A stretch of DNA of 64,000 nucleotides from Schmidtea nova (taxonomy: Eukaryota), in contig CM097882.1 in assembly GCA_044892505.1 (NCBI GenBank), positions 530,968,001 to 531,032,000 on the forward strand, read 5' to 3'. Shown piece by piece: positions 62,417-64,000 of this stretch. The notes beneath the pieces were generated by a model. The model ran no database searches and was not told where the DNA came from. It saw nothing but the letters and a program-made list of their open reading frames with translations. Numbering within the stretch: the first letter of the stretch is position 1; every line of letters starts with the position of its first letter. A program made the translations under genes and the position numbers.

Positions 62417-62628
62417 CCCTTTGTTTCAAGGGACAAACCGCTGATAACCCTTTGTTTCAAGGGACAAATTCTAATAACCCTTTGTTTCAAGGGACAAACC
62501 GCTGATAACCCTTTGTTTCAAGGGACAAATTCTAATAACCCTTTGTTTCAAGGGACAAACCGCTGATAACCCTTTGTTTCAAGGGACAAATTCTAATAAC
62601 CCTTTGTTTCAAGGGACAAATTCTAATA
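62417..62628. repeat. Seven-unit 30/31-bp tandem array ACCCTTTGTTTCAAGGGACAAA + (CCGCTGATA | TTCTAATA)
   Basis: Directly visible; the linkers alternate, and each unit contains CCCTT..AAGGG and TTTGT..ACAAA inverted repeats. Confidence 0.92.
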
Positions 62629-63103
62629 AATTTTCCTTAACCGGTTAATCGTAATTCTTAACTTCGCTAGCGACTACAATTTCTCAGCTGAGTTCTCTCA
62701 ATTTCATGCGAGCTGATTATGCACCTCTTATTTTTCTCTATATTTCCTCGATTCTTTGTTTTATTACTAATTCTTTCGCTGATCAGTTCTACTTCAATTT
62801 TATTATTTTCTCTGCGCGCATCTTACCTCATCGGGGTTTTCCCTATTTCTCTCCCCAACCAAAATATACAAAAAGATCGCGTTGGTCTACTAATGCGGGA
62901 TGTGGTGATCAATCACATCACAAAAGCTTTCCAACATTTGCGATTGGCCCCTTTCTATATACCCCGAGTGGGTTGATCAACTGGTACCTCCCAATGGGTG
63001 CTTAACGGACTACTTGACAGTAGCTCAAAATTAATTTAACATTGTTGATTGCTCCCCTGACTTTGTCATTCGATACAATATATTAACACACTCTAAATAT
63101 TTA

Positions 63104-63565
63104 TTATAAATAAACTACAATTTTATCAGTTACAGAGAAATTGCACATGGGGCACTCATCACACTTATTCGCACAGTTTTTACAGAATCGAAAATGTCCG
63201 CATGGTAGAAACATTATTTGGATTTCACTGTCTTCGCATATGTAACATTGTTTATATTGTTTTGCTGCCTCGACCCCTTGCGACATCCATCGGTTATATG
63301 TTAGACTTAACTGCTGTTCTATATGTCGGCATCTGATATTCAACTCGGCATCCTCTAATCGTGCTTTGTACCATTTATATCGCGTATTTATATCGAGTTT
63401 ATTTACTTTCTCTATGATTTTTATTAACTCAGTTGTTTCCTCCGTTTGTGTCGTAGGTTCCTCATATTCGGATGCTCTTATTCGGGTTATTTTTTCGCAG
63501 ACTGTCTCAAATGTATCGTTCTCGGTGTTGAAAAATTCCTCGATTTCTTTCAGTTTTTCCTCCAT
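63104..63565 (-). CDS. 153-aa protein with a C-terminal IAP/MDM2-type RING finger (putative E3 ligase)
   Basis: CYIC......FLPCGH..FC..CA.....CPMC......IVVYL at the extreme C-terminus; no BIR seen. Confidence 0.85.
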   Translation of the reverse strand: MEEKLKEIEEFFNTENDTFETVCEKITRIRASEYEEPTTQTEETTELIKIIEKVNKLDINTRYKWYKARLEDAELNIRCRHIEQQLSLTYNRWMSQGVEAAKQYKQCYICEDSEIQIMFLPCGHFRFCKNCANKCDECPMCNFSVTDKIVVYL

Positions 63566-63894
63566 TTCCTAGATAATTTATTTAATTACTGTGTTAATAT
63601 TATTCGAAAAGTAGTGCTGTGTTTCGTTTTCGACAGTTTATAGCCTCCCCCCCGTGTTTCGGTAAATTGTCGTCCCGACCTGTTGTTTATAATTGCATTT
63701 ATTTAATTTATCTATTTCATTGTGTTGTTGTTTTTATTTACTCAGTTTGTTTAATTCTCTGTTTATAACTATCTATTTCCACGCAACTCGCTTTCGTCTC
63801 AATTACTTATTCGGTTACTATTTTTCTCACAAAATTCTGATTTTAAACTCTCTGTTGTCATTGGGTTCACCTTTTCCGCATAAAAACTAAGTTG

Positions 63895-63912
63895 ATCCCG
63901 GCTGAGCCCCCA
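63895..63912 (-). promoter_or_regulatory. Primer-binding site, tRNA-Pro
   Basis: Minus strand TGGGGGCTCAGCCGGGAT, 6 nt after the LTR end CA; the canonical tRNA-Pro PBS is TGGGGGCTCGTCCGGGAT. Confidence 0.85.
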
Positions 63913-63918
63913 AATTTA

Positions 63919-64000
63919 TGTTGGGATTATGGGTGGGTTTTAAGTAATTCAACTGAATAGTTAATCATAAATTGAACGACTATTGATGAGTACGTATACT
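63919..64000 (-). repeat. 3' end of the 5' LTR of the giant element (cut by the window edge)
   Basis: Identical to 38628-38709. Confidence 0.9.

Larger units (their letters stand above)
38628..64000 (-). mobile_element. Giant Ty3/gypsy (Metaviridae-like) element with envelope and many accessory genes; extends beyond the window
   Basis: The direct repeat starting TGTTGGGATTATGGG at 38628 and 63919 is identical over the 82 bp visible. A tRNA-Pro PBS lies next to the right copy, and gag, PR, RT, RNase H and IN are all on the minus strand. Confidence 0.9.

Noticed and set aside
62417-62628. CRISPR-like array of palindromic repeats
   Set aside because: The linkers are only 8-9 nt and recur (two variants), there are no cas genes, and the context is a eukaryotic retroelement.
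42669-63890. Dozens of plus-strand ORFs opposite the giant element
   Set aside because: They are Phe/Leu/Ser-rich shadows of an A-rich coding strand with no motifs; likewise the minus-strand shadows at 16596-20162.

Overview
AT-rich eukaryotic (metazoan) DNA from a draft assembly with two N gaps. It is almost entirely a nest of mobile elements; the only apparently intact host gene is an intronless rhodopsin-family GPCR (32597-33565). The host looks invertebrate, and a planarian/flatworm is plausible, but this is inference. Background elements: Maverick/Polinton relics (pPolB, packaging ATPase, major capsid, terminal repeats), a Penelope-like RT fragment, piggyBac and hAT relics and MITEs, and broken Ty3/gypsy elements. 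Two elements stand out. (1) 14876-21106 is a very young non-autonomous BEL/Pao LTR element with apparently identical 802-bp LTRs, a GTATG TSD and a tRNA-iMet PBS. Its LTRs carry a captured HECT-ligase fragment, and its main ORF fuses glutathione reductase, mitochondrial HSP70 and ubiquitin pieces in frame to Gag, with an intact LRGG deubiquitinase site at the Gag junction. (2) 38628->64000 (minus strand) is a giant (>25 kb, possibly ~32 kb) Ty3/gypsy-type element. It reconstructs to one ~5,200-codon polyprotein in the unusual order Gag - ubiquitin-like domains - Bcl-2-like leader - chuvirus-type envelope glycoprotein - PR-RT-RNaseH-IN - ankyrin repeats - FN3 membrane protein. It also carries separate RING E3, full-length TRAF, coiled-coil, membrane and Arg-rich ORFs, and each ATG-initiated ORF has a YAG acceptor 1-5 nt upstream. 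All domain calls are motif recognition by eye and need HMM/structure confirmation.
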